From the NCBI RefSeq assembly GCF_009914755.1, contig NC_060930.1: a stretch of 64,000 nt of DNA; one strand, written 5' to 3'. The notes under the pieces are model-generated. The model saw only the letters and a list, made by a program, of their open reading frames with translations, did no database searches and was not told where the DNA came from. This document shows, in pieces, positions 32,507 to 49,665 of this stretch; positions within the stretch are counted from its first letter, which is position 1, and each line of letters starts with the position of its first letter. The position numbers were made by a program, and so were the translations under genes. Source of the stretch: the human T2T-CHM13v2.0 reference genome, Homo sapiens.

Positions 32507-32719
32507 TAGTACCTAATCTGAAAATCCAAAATCCACAATGCTCCAAAATTTGAAATGTATTGAGCACCCACATGATGATCAAAGGAAATTCTCACTGGAG
32601 CATTGTGGATTTTGGATTTTTAAATTAGAGATACTCAACCAGTATGTATAAGGCAAATATTCCCAAAATCTGAAACACTTCTGGTTTCAAGCATTTTGGG
32701 TAAGAGATATGCAACCTGT
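32507..32719. mobile_element. Tigger4-like (TcMar) MITE within an old L1ME-like fragment
   Basis: Internal inverted repeat aaaatccaaaatccacaatgctcca / tggagcattgtggattttggatttt, and end gatatgcaacctgt. Confidence 0.75.
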
Positions 32720-35479
32720 GTCTACTACAATGTGTCATGTGGACACAGGGCTCTGGTACAGAGCAGGCACTTACATATTTACTGAATCTTGAATAAATGA
32801 ATTTATGAAAAAATATCCAGATACAGTCACATAAAATAATGTTACATGTTTCAATGGATATATATATAAAGAGGAAACTATACATTATATATGTTAGATA
32901 TATATTTATATAGTAAATACATGTTAAAAATATATAATCATTATATCTTATGTATTATATGTAAAATATTGTGTCATACTGTATATATTATAAAATATCT
33001 AATATATTATTTATATTATATAAATACAAATAAAATATAGTTATACTTTTAATGTATTTTAAAAGTAATGTATATATTATTTAAATATAAATAAATAAAG
33101 GAAATGATCTCATACCCACAGTTATTACTGGGAAAGTGGGAGAAGCCTGGGAGACTGGGGTGAGTTGTCAAAGAAAATTTAGTGTTACTTGTAAAGTTTT
33201 AATTTTTTTAAAAGGAAAACATGTGCAAGTATTACTTGTGAAATTTAAAACTTCTATGGCATCATTCTTGCTAAGCTTTATGGATGTGTTGCCACATGCA
33301 ACAAAGAAAAATCTTAGAAAATTCTTATAGTGGCTGTACATGGCAAATCATGGGTTGGCCTTAATGATACAATGCCTAGATTACCAGAAAGCCAGCTAAC
33401 TATGGTTGGTTCCCCTCACCCCTTTCCTGCTCTTTCTTGACCTCTAAAATCGCAGGAGTTAACTCTCAGTTAAATGACAGTTGTACCTGACTTGGAGGGG
33501 CCCTGGGAGCAAAGGAAGGTGAGTAGCAACATTTCAGAGTAGCAAATTTCATTCTCCTTCCTCCGACACTGTGGCCCTATCCTTCTTCCACTGGTTGATG
33601 CTCCTGCTCTCCAGGCCTCTAGGAAACGGGCATCCATACTGTACTGAAATACCCTACCCAAGTGTGTCATTTATCACAGCTAAGAAAGGAGGTGACCAAA
33701 TGAAACACACTAAAGTAGAATGATTGCTATGCCCAGCTTAACCTTTTTAAGGTTATCTCCTTTACCCAAATGACACTGTAACTTAGGCAATTTCAAGCTG
33801 AGGGGAAAAGAAGGATATTTTGGGCAGAGCACCCCCAGCTCCCACCATAAGGTTTTACTATTAGGCATTAGGGAAAGACAGAAAGAAGAAAGTGTTAAGG
33901 AGACACTGAACATTGGTTGTAGTTGAGTCAGATGACTATCTTGCATTTGAACCTTTGGTAGGTTCAAACTGTTGACAGTGGATAACAAAGATTGAAGGGA
34001 ATCCCTCTCCTTGGACACATGAACCACCACCTATGGCACTGTCATCTCCTGCCTCCCTCCACTTAGTGAAAAATGGGACCTTAAGCAGTGTCAATCTTCC
34101 ATAAAACAAAACTATTCCACAAAAATGGTTAATTGAACACTGAAGCAATGAGTCTGGGGATAATGAGGTCCTGTGGGTTCTATTTGCTAACGGCAGGAAT
34201 TGATTATTTCACACTGCACATCTAATTAAAGTGGAGAGGAGTAATGAGCAGTGAAGTTATAAAATGAATATGATAATCAATTAGGTTTTTACTTCTGCTT
34301 AAAATAATTTAGAATAGCCCATCTACTGTATATTGAAACTAATATAATCAGTTTAACAGACCTTGATGCATTCAGAGAGAACAACAGACTGCCAAATCCT
34401 GCCTATCTCCTCGTAGGACATTATCAAAACAATATCTTGAGCCTTGGTGAGAAAAATCACAAAAAAACCACATTAGGCAGAACATCACTTTTCCATTATG
34501 TCATACATACCAAATGCTTTCTGGTCCTGCTTATGTTTACAGAACAAAGTGGGTCAAAGGAATTTACTGAGATCATAAAGGGCAAGATAAATGCTGGAGC
34601 TGAGCACCCCAGTAGCTGCTAGACTTGATGGAATTAAAAATGGAAAATTAACCTATGACTCAGGAAATCAACCTTTTAGATAGTTCTGGAACACTAAGTG
34701 TGGAAGGACATTCATTTAATATAGTACAGACTAAGAACAGCACTGTGAGATTTACTAGATGTACTAGAAAAGCATGGTAAGATGAAAGAGCTAGTATGTG
34801 CACATGTGTGCCTTGTGTGTGTATGTGTGTGCTGTGTGGACTATGTGAGCTCTATGGTGTGTGTACATGAAAGTATGTACACACACATGCTTGCACAGCT
34901 GTGACTGAAGCAATTTAGAGTTACTCTGTGTTATTATATCTGAGTTAAGTGATGAGAACTGCAGGCTAATGGTTAAAAAATGTTCAACAGCTCTTTTTCA
35001 TGTCATATCAGTGGATTGTAAAATACTGTGGTGACATATTTTACTGAGAGTTTTACTTTAATATGAGGAAAACGATTGAGCAACATAGGACTTGAAATAT
35101 GAAGTACTATACTACAGTCTTCTAAAAAGAATACGCTGGGTGTTAGTTTGTGATCACAAATATATATTTCTACTGAAGAAAAAGGAAAAGATGTCATGTA
35201 TATATTCAAAATCCAGACAGTGCTTGTACATCAGTTAGATAACTGTTAATAAGACCTGAAAGGGTGAGATAACTGTTCCATGGCACTTCTTGGAATGATC
35301 ACTGTCTGACACTCGTTGAGCTTTTGTGGGTGAGGTCATTCGTATGCTGCAAAATGTCACTCCAGTCATTCAAATGGTAAATGCTTAACTTCTAGAGAAA
35401 TAAAATTTCTAAAAAGAGATCTGTAAACACATCTCAATGGCACAACTGGAGAAGAAAACCCCATCATCCGAAAACTCAG

Positions 35480-35685
35480 AGTAGCCTTGAGTTGATGCTC
35501 ATCATGCAGTGAAGATGGGAAAACTACAGGGTGAAACATTAATATCTCTTTGTTGTGTCTGTTAGCTTCACAAAAGCATTTGACACCATGCATGGAACTG
35601 AGCTCTGGAAGATACTAGGTGTGGCTGCATTGAGAAGTTCATGAACACTCTTAGGCTAGCCTGATTGCATGGTTGGTCAAGTTGG
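35480..35685 (+). mobile_element. Ancient RTE-clade LINE reverse-transcriptase fragment
   Basis: Frame from 35546 reads LFVVSVSFTKAFDTMHGTELWKIL, then with slips GCIEKFMNTLRL and MVGQV. This is colinear with the RTE RT pattern LYxAFVDFTKAFDTV...LWKIL..GCPEKF....L.....M.GQV. Confidence 0.72.
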
Positions 35686-36296
35686 AGTGGGGGGTACCGA
35701 GACAGAAAATGTATAAATAATACTTATATTTCGGCTTGTCAGCTTGAGGAAACTAAGTGCAGAGTATTCCTGGGCATCTGAAAAACTTCCAATGGAATAG
35801 GCCACATTATTGATGAAAGTCTTTGTTATAAAACTTATTTCCAAAAATAACCATATACAAATGACTAGGCTCTAGGAACATATCCACAAGACATAGTTTA
35901 TCATGTCATGGTTTTAGCCAGTACTAAGCATTGACAATAAATATGAAGAATAAATAGGTGGATACAGCAGCACCAGAAAGACTGTATATGTAGCAACAAA
36001 ATGTTCAAGGGTAATGCTGCATGGCAGGTTTTCCTACGGTGTTTTACAGAGCATAAGCATCCTATGACATATTGACAGGTATTCTGAGGCAAAAGTTTGA
36101 GAAATTCTACATACTATAACAGCCCTGTCTCCCTCCTGGTTCCAAAACCTGGGATTCTGCGAGTCTAGGAAGGGAAATGGATGGAACAAAGAGTAGAAAC
36201 CTGCCATGTCTGGTGTTAATATGACATGAAGATCAACTGCCCCCACATCCCACCCCGCTCCAAACAAAACAAAACAAAACAAAACAAAAACAAGCC

Positions 36297-36665
<369 letters not shown>

Positions 36666-36749
36666 CTATTCCTCTTCCGGAGCAGTTTCTTATATACTAG
36701 CTATGAATCCCTTTACCATGGCAACATCACAAAAGAAAAGGGCCAGGAG

Positions 36750-36938
36750 AAGGGTTAAAGGTAAAAGACAGGATTCCAAGTTCAATTTGAATTTCAGATA
36801 ATCAATGAATAATTTTTTGGTACAAGTGTGTCTCAAATATTGCATAAGACCCACTTATAGGAAAAAATAAAATAATTTTTTATCTGAAATTCAGATTGAA
36901 CTGTCCTCTATTTTCGTTTAATAAAGCTGGCAGCTCCA
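36750..36938. mobile_element. MER3-like hAT MITE
   Basis: Near-palindrome aatttgaatttcagataa ... ttatctgaaattcagatt. Confidence 0.72.
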
Positions 36939-39029
36939 ACCAAAGCACATAGCCTGTCTATCAGTGTCAGAACAGTGCCCAACACAACACACAATTCTCT
37001 GAGGCCCAAGATGTTTGGAGAAGGGACGGTTGTGGAATCTCCAAGAACCTCTGCTCACTAAAATGCAGTAGAATAACCAAAAGCTAAGAACTCAGCAGAT
37101 TCACCGAAGCACAGCTTCAGCCAGTGTTGCATAACTAGAAATTAGGGAATCAGAAAGTGAGGAACCAAATCAGCCTGAAATGCAGTTAGAGCGGATGTGG
37201 TACTATGTCTGAGCAAAGCTTTCTGGCTGAGGGAGGTTAAAAGACAGTGTAACAGGTGACAGAGGGCTTTTCAAGCAATGACTGAGGTTCCAATCAAAAG
37301 ACAAACTTCACATATGCACAGTGGAAAACGGCTTCTTGCTTCCAAGGTGGGCTTTTCGGTCACACTCATTTCCCCTCACACACATATACTAATTATAATA
37401 AATATTGATAACATAATCACGAACACGAAAACCAGCTAGACCTAACTGTCATAGGAGCAGAGTGGTAAATTCTGGTTTGGGTTGTCAGAACAATTGATAG
37501 ATGTTTTATAAAGATCATGTTTTTTGCTACAAACAAAGGCAGAGTTCATCTATCGTGTTTCCAAAATACATTCCCTACTGAATGCACTGCCAGAAACCAT
37601 TTTCATCTTTGTTGGTATAAATCCCAGAAAATCAAATTTGAAAAATGAAGTGCTGATTGGAATTCTCAAACTCCAGGGTGAAGGCAGATGCTGTTACTCA
37701 GTGTAATTATTGTCTCTCATCACAGGATGAAGTCTGATTACATTATGGTCAGAGGGAAGTAACAGTTAACATTGTCAGATAGGAGGTTTCAGCATTCTCA
37801 GCTCTGTTTGACCCAAATCAAACAGACCAGAAAAAGAATCTCCTTGATCTAATTCTATTGCTCTTGCTTTAGTGTCTGTATGTTACCTCTAGAGTGGGCT
37901 CTGAGGAGGCCTCTGAGTAGTGAAGACATATTTAGGAACTTAGAATTTAGGAGATACAACACCAATTTTATAAACATCCAACTTAGGAATGACCCATATC
38001 TATGAAGCCGCAAAACTGTTGCTACTGTTTCAGGAACGGCCTCCAAGTCAGTGCCCCCATCCCTAGGAGAGCTGCTGCAGCTTCTGGAGCCACACTGGGT
38101 TGTCAAGAGATGAGTATGTGAGGACCATACCAACTGTCCCCCTAAAAATGTAGGGAAAAATCTACTGGAGAAAGATAATTTCCAACCTCTTCCCAAGCCT
38201 TTCTGGGCAGTACCTTGGTTCCAACTTCCACAGGATGCTGTGATTTCAATGAGAGTCAGTCAATCAGAAGCCAGCTGATCTCCTCCACCCCCATTCTACC
38301 ACATCATCCAGGAAGAGTTCATTTCAAAGGGAATTCTCAGAAGCATATCATTAAAAACCCAATAAGAGACTAGATCTGCTGCACTTACCAGGCCTGTACC
38401 CTCAAGGATAATCAATCTTACCATGACTTTTATCCTGTCATCTTTGGCCACCCACAAAATGCAAGACCCTCCAGGCAACTGTCATCCCATATATTATTCT
38501 CTGCTTCCTTGCCCCACCTCTGTCTCATCCCACCCATTCCTCCTTCCACTGCTGGCCTCCCTGAGAACCTGCCCACTCTGCTCTCTGGAACCCTCATTCC
38601 ATTGCAGTTTAACTCTCCCACACACTCCACATTTTCATGGAATTTTCCTTCAGCCTTTTCCCTTCACTGACATCTCACTTTCCCCTTAAGGACATTGCCT
38701 TCTCTGGAGCCCTATCAAGGGGAGGATGTTTATTCTCCCACAATGTAAATATCAGAGGGGCCAGAGACAGTGTTGGCCTTCTGGCTCCCAGATACCGTTT
38801 CAGAATTAAAAACTATTCCTCCGTTGAGATTTGTAACATTTGGTCCCACTACCCACTCTTTCCAGTGATGTAACTTAAGGGTGCCCTGTGTATATTGGAT
38901 CAAAGAGTGAAAAAATCATCCAGTACCCCCAGCCAACCTGGGCTCCTGGTTCACAGTTTTCCTACCCACCTAATTTCTTCTCAATATCTTGAATGACTGC
39001 AGCACCCACAAAGGAACTCCATTTAACAA

Positions 39030-40199
39030 CTCTAGCCTCAAAATTCCTTAATCTCCAATGATCTGTGTGACCACTTCTGTCTCTACTTCTTTACCTCCTA
39101 GTTGTCCATCTGTTACAGTGAGCTTTCTGCCTGCCCCTACACTCTCTGAGACTGCTTTGGCAAAGGTCACTGATCACTTTCCACCCAGATCCAACAGATT
39201 CCTTGAAGTTCTCATCTTACTTGACCACTCTGCAATGTCCAGTACTGTGAACCACATCCATCTCCTTCAAACTCAACCTCTAGCTTTCCTTCTGAGATCT
39301 TGCTCTCTTGCCCAGCTCTCTTCTGCCTTTCACAGTTCTCCTTTGCTGGATCTTCTGCCTCAGCCTACTCTGCCAATACTGGGGCTCCTTAATAAGCATT
39401 CTGCCTTTGGTCCTCTTTTCCTCTTTTCCTGGCTACCCTTCTCCTTATGAAATGAAACTATAACTGAGGCAGTTTCAAGCCTTGGACCCCCTTATCTGCT
39501 CTCATGGCTACAACAGTCAATTATACATTCATTTCTCTAATTAAGCCTTTGCTTTGAGCGCTAAAGCTATACATTCGTTTGCATAGACATTCCCATCTCG
39601 TGCTCATTCTTAACATATGCATAATTTAACCAATCAACCCTCCCTCCAAACCTACTTTTCTTGGAAAATGGCACTGTATCCACTCAGAAACCTGAGTGTA
39701 ATCCTAGGTTATTCATCTTACCTCCATTCTAATCAGTTCTCTTTGCTATGTATCTCAAATGTTTGTCTCATCTTTTCAGTCCCTACCGTGGCTGGCTTGG
39801 TCGAGGTCCTTATAATTACGTAGCTTGACTGCTGTTACAACGTCCTGTCTACCTTCCCTCCAGTATCCAAATTACTCTGCACATTGCTATCAGTGCTCTT
39901 TCTATAACAGAAATATGGCCATGCTACTTTTCTGTTAAAAAGCCAGAACGGCTCCCTACTGCCAAGAAAATAAAGTTCTAAATTCAAAAGCATGGCTTTT
40001 AAGCATCTCATGAACTGGTCTCTCTTTAGCTTTGTTTCTTGCTAAACACCATCCTATCCACACAAACCCTACAATCCAACCCAACCAAATGCTTTTGCAA
40101 CATCACAGACCCTCTGTGTGTCCTACACCTCTGCACATTTGCTTGAGAAGTTCCCTAGGCCTCAGTGCTCTCTTCTTTACTTCCCTCCCCTATTAATTC

Positions 40200-40252
<53 letters not shown>

Positions 40253-40500
40253 TACTCTTTGAAGATGTTGTTCAACTACTACCTCTTCCAGACAGGTTTT
40301 TCCTAAACCTATCTGGGAATAGTTGGCATCCGTTTTCCATGTCCCAGGGCACCCTGTACATCTGTGCACCATAGGTGCTCTTTGAGATTGTGAGCCAGTT
40401 GACACAGGTACTGGGTCTCATTTACCTTCTAAACTCCAACACCTTGTACAGTGTCTGGTACCTAGCTTGAATTCAATGAATTTTTATTCAATGAATGAAT
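39030..40500. mobile_element. L2 LINE fragments
   Basis: actgctttggcaaaggtcac...ctcatcttacttgac..., ending in gtgtctggtacctag...tgaatgaatgaat (L2 3' tail). Confidence 0.7.
40204..40248. repeat. (TA)n microsatellite
   Basis: About 22 perfect units. Confidence 0.97.
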
Positions 40501-40673
40501 AGGAGCCACTGCTCCTTTAGTTAAGGATAGGTCTTTATGCTTCCCAGTGCTCCTGCAGTAGAATGTCTTATGTTCTCCACCTCATTTAGAATAGCACAGT
40601 ACTTCATGTGTTTCACAGAGTAAATACATGATTGGCGAAAGAATAATGTTTTATTTCCAAAGTTTGGGCAAGG

Positions 40674-40752
40674 CTGTGTGTGTGTGTGTGTCTGTGTGTG
40701 TGAAAGAGAGAGAGAGAGAGAGAGATAGAAACAGAGAGAGAGTGAGAAAGAG
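40674..40752. repeat. Compound (TG)n(GA)n microsatellite
   Basis: Direct inspection. Confidence 0.93.
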
Positions 40753-40984
40753 AGGGACCTTCTGTTCCCTGACAGGGCTTGTGCTCTTGGCATCCAAAGT
40801 AGAAATACAGCATATATTTTGTCATGAAAACAATGTTAAAAATAGTGATTAGATTACATAATTCCTATACTTATTCAACTTTATGGGCCATATTACTATA
40901 GAGTTACATTGTGGGCTTTAAAGTTATGTAATTCAGCTAAATTAGGGACTACGCTGGTATCTTGGAAATCCTGGAAAACTTACT

Positions 40985-41425
40985 GGCTGTGCTAGATACT
41001 GTGATGCGCCATCCAGATACCCCTTGAAGAATAAAGGTCGTATTCCTCCAGCTGCGGGGAGCATGTTAGAGGAAAGTACTCACTGTCAAGCCTATCTGGG
41101 GATTTTCTCAGCTGGAAAAAACCTGCCTGATTTAAAGCCATGCTCCTTACAGGGGCAGGACTACATCCAACGACTGACCATTGTGAGGGTAGAAAGGCCC
41201 TGTCCCCAGCCATAACTTAGGACAACTCTGAAAGGCCTGCCCAGCTCCAGAGCCCCTTGTTAGGTCAACTGAGGCTGTTGTCAGCTGGCAAAGTTGCAAT
41301 ACAGCTCATCTTCTCCGTCCTCTAAGTCCTGCTCCTGTCCTCTCACTTCCACAGGTGTTGGCCCCAGGGGCACGCCCTAATAAGCATCCAGCTCAGACTT
41401 TGCTCCCCCAGGAATCCAGCCTACT
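40985..41425 (+). mobile_element. LTR16-like ERVL LTR
   Basis: gacaactctgaaaggcc...ccacaggtgttggccccaggggcacgccctaataa...caggaatccagcct. Confidence 0.62.
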
Positions 41426-41698
41426 AATATATGGGGAAATGCAACCTGAGCTCAAAATAATCCACTGGCAAAGTAATTTGGGGATGCAATGTTCAATAAA
41501 ATGAAAATTATCTGTGTTCTGACTCAGGCTTAGTATTTATAATCTTTTATCCTGGAGCCAAAAGATAGGGTTCCCATGCCCAGAACCATAGTTAACTTTT
41601 CTGTTGCCTACAAGTAAATCAGTCTGGGCAATTTGTCTTCTATGATTGTTTGGTTAGGGTTCTTTACCAGGCCTGAGATGAGTGCCCTCTCCCCAGAA

Positions 41699-41907
41699 TT
41701 TTTTTTATTTTTTAGAAAAGGTCTCACGTTGTCACCCAGGCTGGAGTTGCAGTGGTATGATCTCAGCTGACTGCAACCTCTGCCTCCAGGGCTCAAGTGA
41801 TCCTCCCACCTCAGCCTCCCAAGTGGCTGGGACCACAGGCATGCACCATCATGCTTTGGCCTCCAAAAGTGCTAGGTTTACGGGCAAGAGCTACTGTACT
41901 TGGGCCC
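41699..41907 (-). mobile_element. AluJ-like element with internal deletion
   Basis: Antisense right arm (ggctcaagtgatcctccc) joined directly to the 5' end of the left arm. Confidence 0.85.
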
Positions 41908-42024
41908 CAGAAGTGTTTGAATGGAGGTTTGAAGGTATTCCTCCTATTTGAAGAATTCATTTTCTTGAGTAGGCAATATTCATCCTAGTTTATAGACACA
42001 ACTGAATATAAATAGAGCCTTTTA

Positions 42025-42400
<376 letters not shown>

Positions 42401-44372
42401 AGCCTTTTTCCCCAACCTCAGGGCAAACTGAGAAAAATGGGCATGTGATTCCCCCTACAACTAGATGGGAAAATGGAAATGTTGGTCGGGATTCTACTTG
42501 TTTTCTCTTGGTGATTCTAGAACAATGCTCATTTGTTTTGTTGAAAATAAACAAACAAGCAAATAACACAATACAAGCAACTCTTTTTCCATTTCAGATT
42601 CATTCCACTTAGCTATCTCTTCCTTTACCCTCTACTCTTCACTGTCCTTGGCAGACCTCCCTTCTAGTCATTTCCCTGCTGTCACTGGCTACTTGGATAC
42701 CAGAGTCATGGGCTTCCTCTATATGTCCATCCCAGCTGTCACCTTGGACAATTTTAATATCCATAGGGAATAGGTATGCATTTTACCAAGCTTACTTTCT
42801 GTCTCTTTGATGCCTCTGGTTTGAATCCTCTACAAACTTAGAATCTGTGTTTTTTGTTCTGATCATACCCTTTTCTCCAAAGAGTCTGGAAGTGATGACT
42901 GAATGGAATACTTTTTTGCAGAAACCCTCAACTATCCAGTCCCTTTTCTTGTGCGTTTATTACACTGAAAGACAGCTCCATCAACCTGTTTATCTCTCCC
43001 ACCAGATTAAAAACTCCTGAGGTGCTCATAAATGGTGACTTCAAGTTGAAGACCTTAATGGGATCACAAAGACTACTAGACAAAACAAATACTCACACCA
43101 GAAAGCAGAGATCCGTGTACTTACTCACTCTCATGTGTGCATTATCTTTCTCTCTCTCCCCCACAACCCCTTCTTTATCAGGTATCATTTATTCATTTCA
43201 TCCAAGCCATATAGCCTTCAAATAGGCAGGATACAAAGGTGCATTTCTCTGATGTAGCACCTAGAATAAACCTTGATAACTGTTTGGTCAGTACTGTGCT
43301 CTGCAAAAGTGCGATTGACCACAGAGCTATAGAGAAGTCAATGGTCCATTTACTGATTGTTTCTTTAATTGCATTCATGAGGAAATGCAAAGATCAAAGT
43401 GTGGTCAGTTCCAAAAGAGAGGATGAGATGGATCATGGGTGATTTCAAAGCAGAGGTAGGCATTCATGCTTAAGGCCTGCAACAAAGCAAGCTGGAAAGA
43501 ACCTTAGAAACAATATGATTTTTATTCTATTTCTCTGGTTGCTTTATGAGTGAGTTTTACCTCTATCAAATTCTCCTTGAGCTTTTCTTTTAAACCTGTT
43601 AGAGGATTGGGTATATTGAGACTTTACAAATAGTAGTTTGTAAGCAGTTTGTAAAGGCTTAATATACTCTTTGAGCAAGAGTAAAACAAACTCAAGGAAC
43701 TGACTCAAGGTTTGAAGCAGCAGCCTAGGGAAGCACCAGCTCCACTGTTCTCCTTCTTGTGTCTATAGCTGCATAATTAGCATCTAAGTGCCAGAAGCAC
43801 TGAGAAAGCTGGGAAGAGAGAGAAGCAGAGCCTTCCTTTATGCCATGAAGACCTGCGGTGGGCTCCCTCCCCTCTATCTCCCTATGTTCCTCTCCTCTTC
43901 TTTGTTTCCAATTACTCCCAGCCTGGTCTATTACATTTCCTAAACTATTTACTTGCTCTCCAGGCACCTCATCTCCAATATACTCCAAAGAGTTCCTTTA
44001 AAAATACCTCCCCAGAGCACAACTATCACCATAGCCCCTTCTGCTTTGGTGGTTCTCTTACAACCAAATGGAAAAAAAAAATCCCCTGGCTTGGCATTCA
44101 AAGATTTCTATAACATGACTCCACTTATTCAATAAAGAAAAGTAAGAAATTAAAACAATATGAAAGCATACAAAGTTAAAAGAAGTTCCCATCTATTCCT
44201 TTACTCCCTCTCCCTAAGGCAACCATTCTAGCAATTTCTCACTTATTTTTCTAGCCTTATTTCTTCTGATTTCCTGCACACCTCCAAAGCTCTGGCTAAA
44301 CAAATATCCCTGCCAACTCTACACGGGTTTCCTTGTGTCCCTGCTCCCAAGACTTTGCTCATATTATTCTTT

Positions 44373-46391
<2,019 letters not shown>

Positions 46392-49300
46392 TCACATTAT
46401 TCTTTAAGACTGAGATGTTCTTTCTTCCATCTTTGAATGTCCAAATTCTGCCCATCCTTTGAGATTTAACTTTCATGTCACCTGCTCTGTAATGCTTTTC
46501 TCAACCTACTTATTAAATCCTCTCCTTCTCCTTTGAATTCACAGAGTATTTCTTCCAATTCCTGCTTAGAGCACTTGTTATTTCAGTCTCTGCTCTTTGG
46601 GTACAAAGCCAGCCTCCACTGTTTAAATGTAAGCTCCCCAAACCAGAGACCCATTCTCCGTTCACCTTGGCATTGCCTACAGCATGTACCCTGGTACCCT
46701 GGGCCTTTCTATATACACAGCAGGGACTCAACAAATTCTCATTGAGGAGGAGATAAGGGTCTGGAGCCTCCAGGCTACAGCTTTGGCTTTCATTTCACCT
46801 TTTAAAATGCCAATGGCATCATCTGTGATGAGTGGGTTCTGTTGGTATCTCAAAGAGTTAAAGGAGGTGGTGAGTCATCAGGGCTCTCAGAACACTGACT
46901 GGTTCCAGGTGACTATTTAGAATAGGCAGTCAGAAAACTAAAACAGAAAGAAATTTTTAAAAAACTCCAACCTTAAAATGCCTCCTATTTTAAAGTGAAC
47001 AATACAACTCTTTCCAAACTACGGAGCGGAACAATCTCTCTCATTATTTCAATGAAACCAAAACAGACATTTAAACTCCAAAACAACAACAAAAAGCCCC
47101 AAAGCCCCTAACCTTCCTTGGCCATGTCAGGCTGCTTGCGCAATGACTCTGCAGGGCTCTCTAGGGAACCATGAATTCGGTTTCATTTTCTAATCTGAAG
47201 GGAGTTATTTTCAGCATAAATTGGTAAAGTGGAGGTGAATGGGAAATGAGAGAGGGTTGTCAAAGGGGAGACAGTTTCACAGCAGTTTCAGAGATGGTCA
47301 GATTTACTTACTTTCTGCATTAGAAGCAGCCCTAGGGACAGTTAATAGAAACTGTTAACACTGACATAAGGCAGAAATTCTTTCAAAACAACATACTTAT
47401 TAATTTTTTTGTATTTGGTTTAGTTTATACAAGCCTCTTGTATATAAAATAATGGAATAATAAAAGCCTGATCAGCTCCTAGAATCTTAAATATTGTAAT
47501 GAACTATCCCATTACCTGTTGCTTTGCCGCCTTGATTCATCCACAACAATTTTCATCCTATTTGTAGTTTTGCCAAAAAAAAACACATCAATCCCCAATC
47601 AATCCCTCCCCCAAATGGTGAGATCATTATCATTCCATTTGTGAGCCTACCTCTGCTTAAAGTTATTGGTAGAACTATATCCAATAACAGTGAAAACAAC
47701 TCAAAAACCCTTTCAGATAGAAGTCTCTTCTTCAAAACTTTAACCTCATTTGTATTTGGACCTTACAAAAAATTTCCATTCTTTTTTCAATGATTTTCTA
47801 TTCAAGTAAACTTTATTCATTCTCCAAACAAAACTCTAGTCTGTCTCAATAGCAATATCAAGGGAGGAAAAGAGTTACTGAAACTCTTGACTATAATTAT
47901 AAGGAAGGAGAGTGATTATAAGATGCTGTGGGGAAGAAGAATTATGAGAAGGGAGATGGTGTGGGCAAGAAGACATAGAAATAGAAAAGGCCTGGCACAC
48001 AACAAGGGGCTGGGCAGTGATATCTGAGGCCATTTCTGCATGGGTACAATAGTGTGTGCCTTTGGAAAAGGCCAGTAAACAGAGCTCCTCCTCTATCATA
48101 AGCCATGAGGTTCTAACATGAGTACCGATTTTATTTCAGCAGAGATGCCAATCCCATGCTCTCTATAGCCAACAATGTCAATTGGGGAAATTGTGGGGCC
48201 AGGGAAGGCACTCACGGTTCTTGTCTCCATGAAAAGCCTCACCAGCCACCCAGACACCAGGGGGCCAATCCTCACCCTTACCCCCAGCATCCAATCTGCC
48301 CCAGATCCCTGTCCACTCGACCTCATAAATGCTTCTGATGCCCCTGCCTCTCTCTCATCATCCCTGTCCTTTGGCCTGGACTTCTGCTATGGCCTCCTAA
48401 CTTGTCATGCAGTCTTAGTGTCCTCTGTCAATCCCTTCTTCCCATGTCAATCAACCTGTCGTCCCAGCCTTTCACTCCCCAGATCCTAACCACACCTGGC
48501 TTTTGTACTTCCTAAAATGCTCCTTCCACCACAAAGGCCTGGAAAGCTATTCATGCCATTGATTCTCTCTGCTTGTAATATTCCTTCTAGCCACATTTCT
48601 ACCTTCACCCCCGCTTTTGGGATTTTCCTGGTCTTAACCGGAGGTTGGCTTCCTGGTATGTGCTTTCTCAGTAATACAGACGTGTACTTCTGTAATCGAT
48701 TGTTCAGTGGCTGTCTTCCCTGTCAATCTGTACATACTCTGAGGTCAGAGGCTGTATTTGTCCATGTATATTTTATTCTGTAATATGGAATAAAACAAGA
48801 ACTTATAGGATAAAGATTAAATGAGTTAATCCAGGCAGAGAACTAGAATAGTACCTGATGTATATAAGGACTGTGTAAGCTGTGGCCATAGTAATACTAA
48901 TTAGCACTATGCCTAGAACAAAGGATGTGCTCTATAAATTATTTGTTGAATGAAAGAGGAATGAATAAATGAATGAATAAATTAATGAATTCAGCAATCC
49001 AGATGGCCCCCTTTTCCCAACCAGCAAAGATGTATAGAAAACTATCACAGGGAGGAATTATTGATCTTCATTGTCTACTGCCATCACAATAAGTGGTAAA
49101 AACAGCAAGTTTGGTTTCCTGGGATTTTGAGTTCATTCTACCATGTTGCTGAAAAAATATTCAAAGCAAGGAGAAATGGAATTAAGAGATAAAGAATTGT
49201 AATGTCACAAAATGTATTTCCATGCTTCTCAATCTTGTCTTAACTAAAATATATGCTTCTTAATGAGCACCATACTGCTTAATTATTTCCAGGCTGAATC

Positions 49301-49665
49301 CTTCAGAAAACCATGCATGTCAGGTAGTCCATTCCAACACATGTTTATACAAAACATTTCATCTTAGGTTGCCAAAAAGGGAAGGGCTTTACCCATTTGT
49401 TCTAGGACATTCCATAGATCTGGTTCCTCAATGTGTTTAAGGGAAAGGCATCAGTCACCTGAGTGCACATCATGCTCTGCTGGCCTAACAGAAACACACG
49501 CGAATGAACTTGGGCTCCCAGCACAGTCTGTAGTAGCAGGACTGACACACCTTTCAAAAGCTGGAAACAGGAGGGAGGGCAGCCAAGATGGCTGAATAGG
49601 AATAGCTCTGGTCTAAAGCTCCCAGCGTGAGCGACGCAGAAGACGGGTGATTTCTGCATTTCTGT

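Noticed and set aside
32850-33100. Extremely AT-rich stretch
   Set aside because: It is degenerate (TA)n low-complexity sequence within an old L1 fragment, with no further structure seen.
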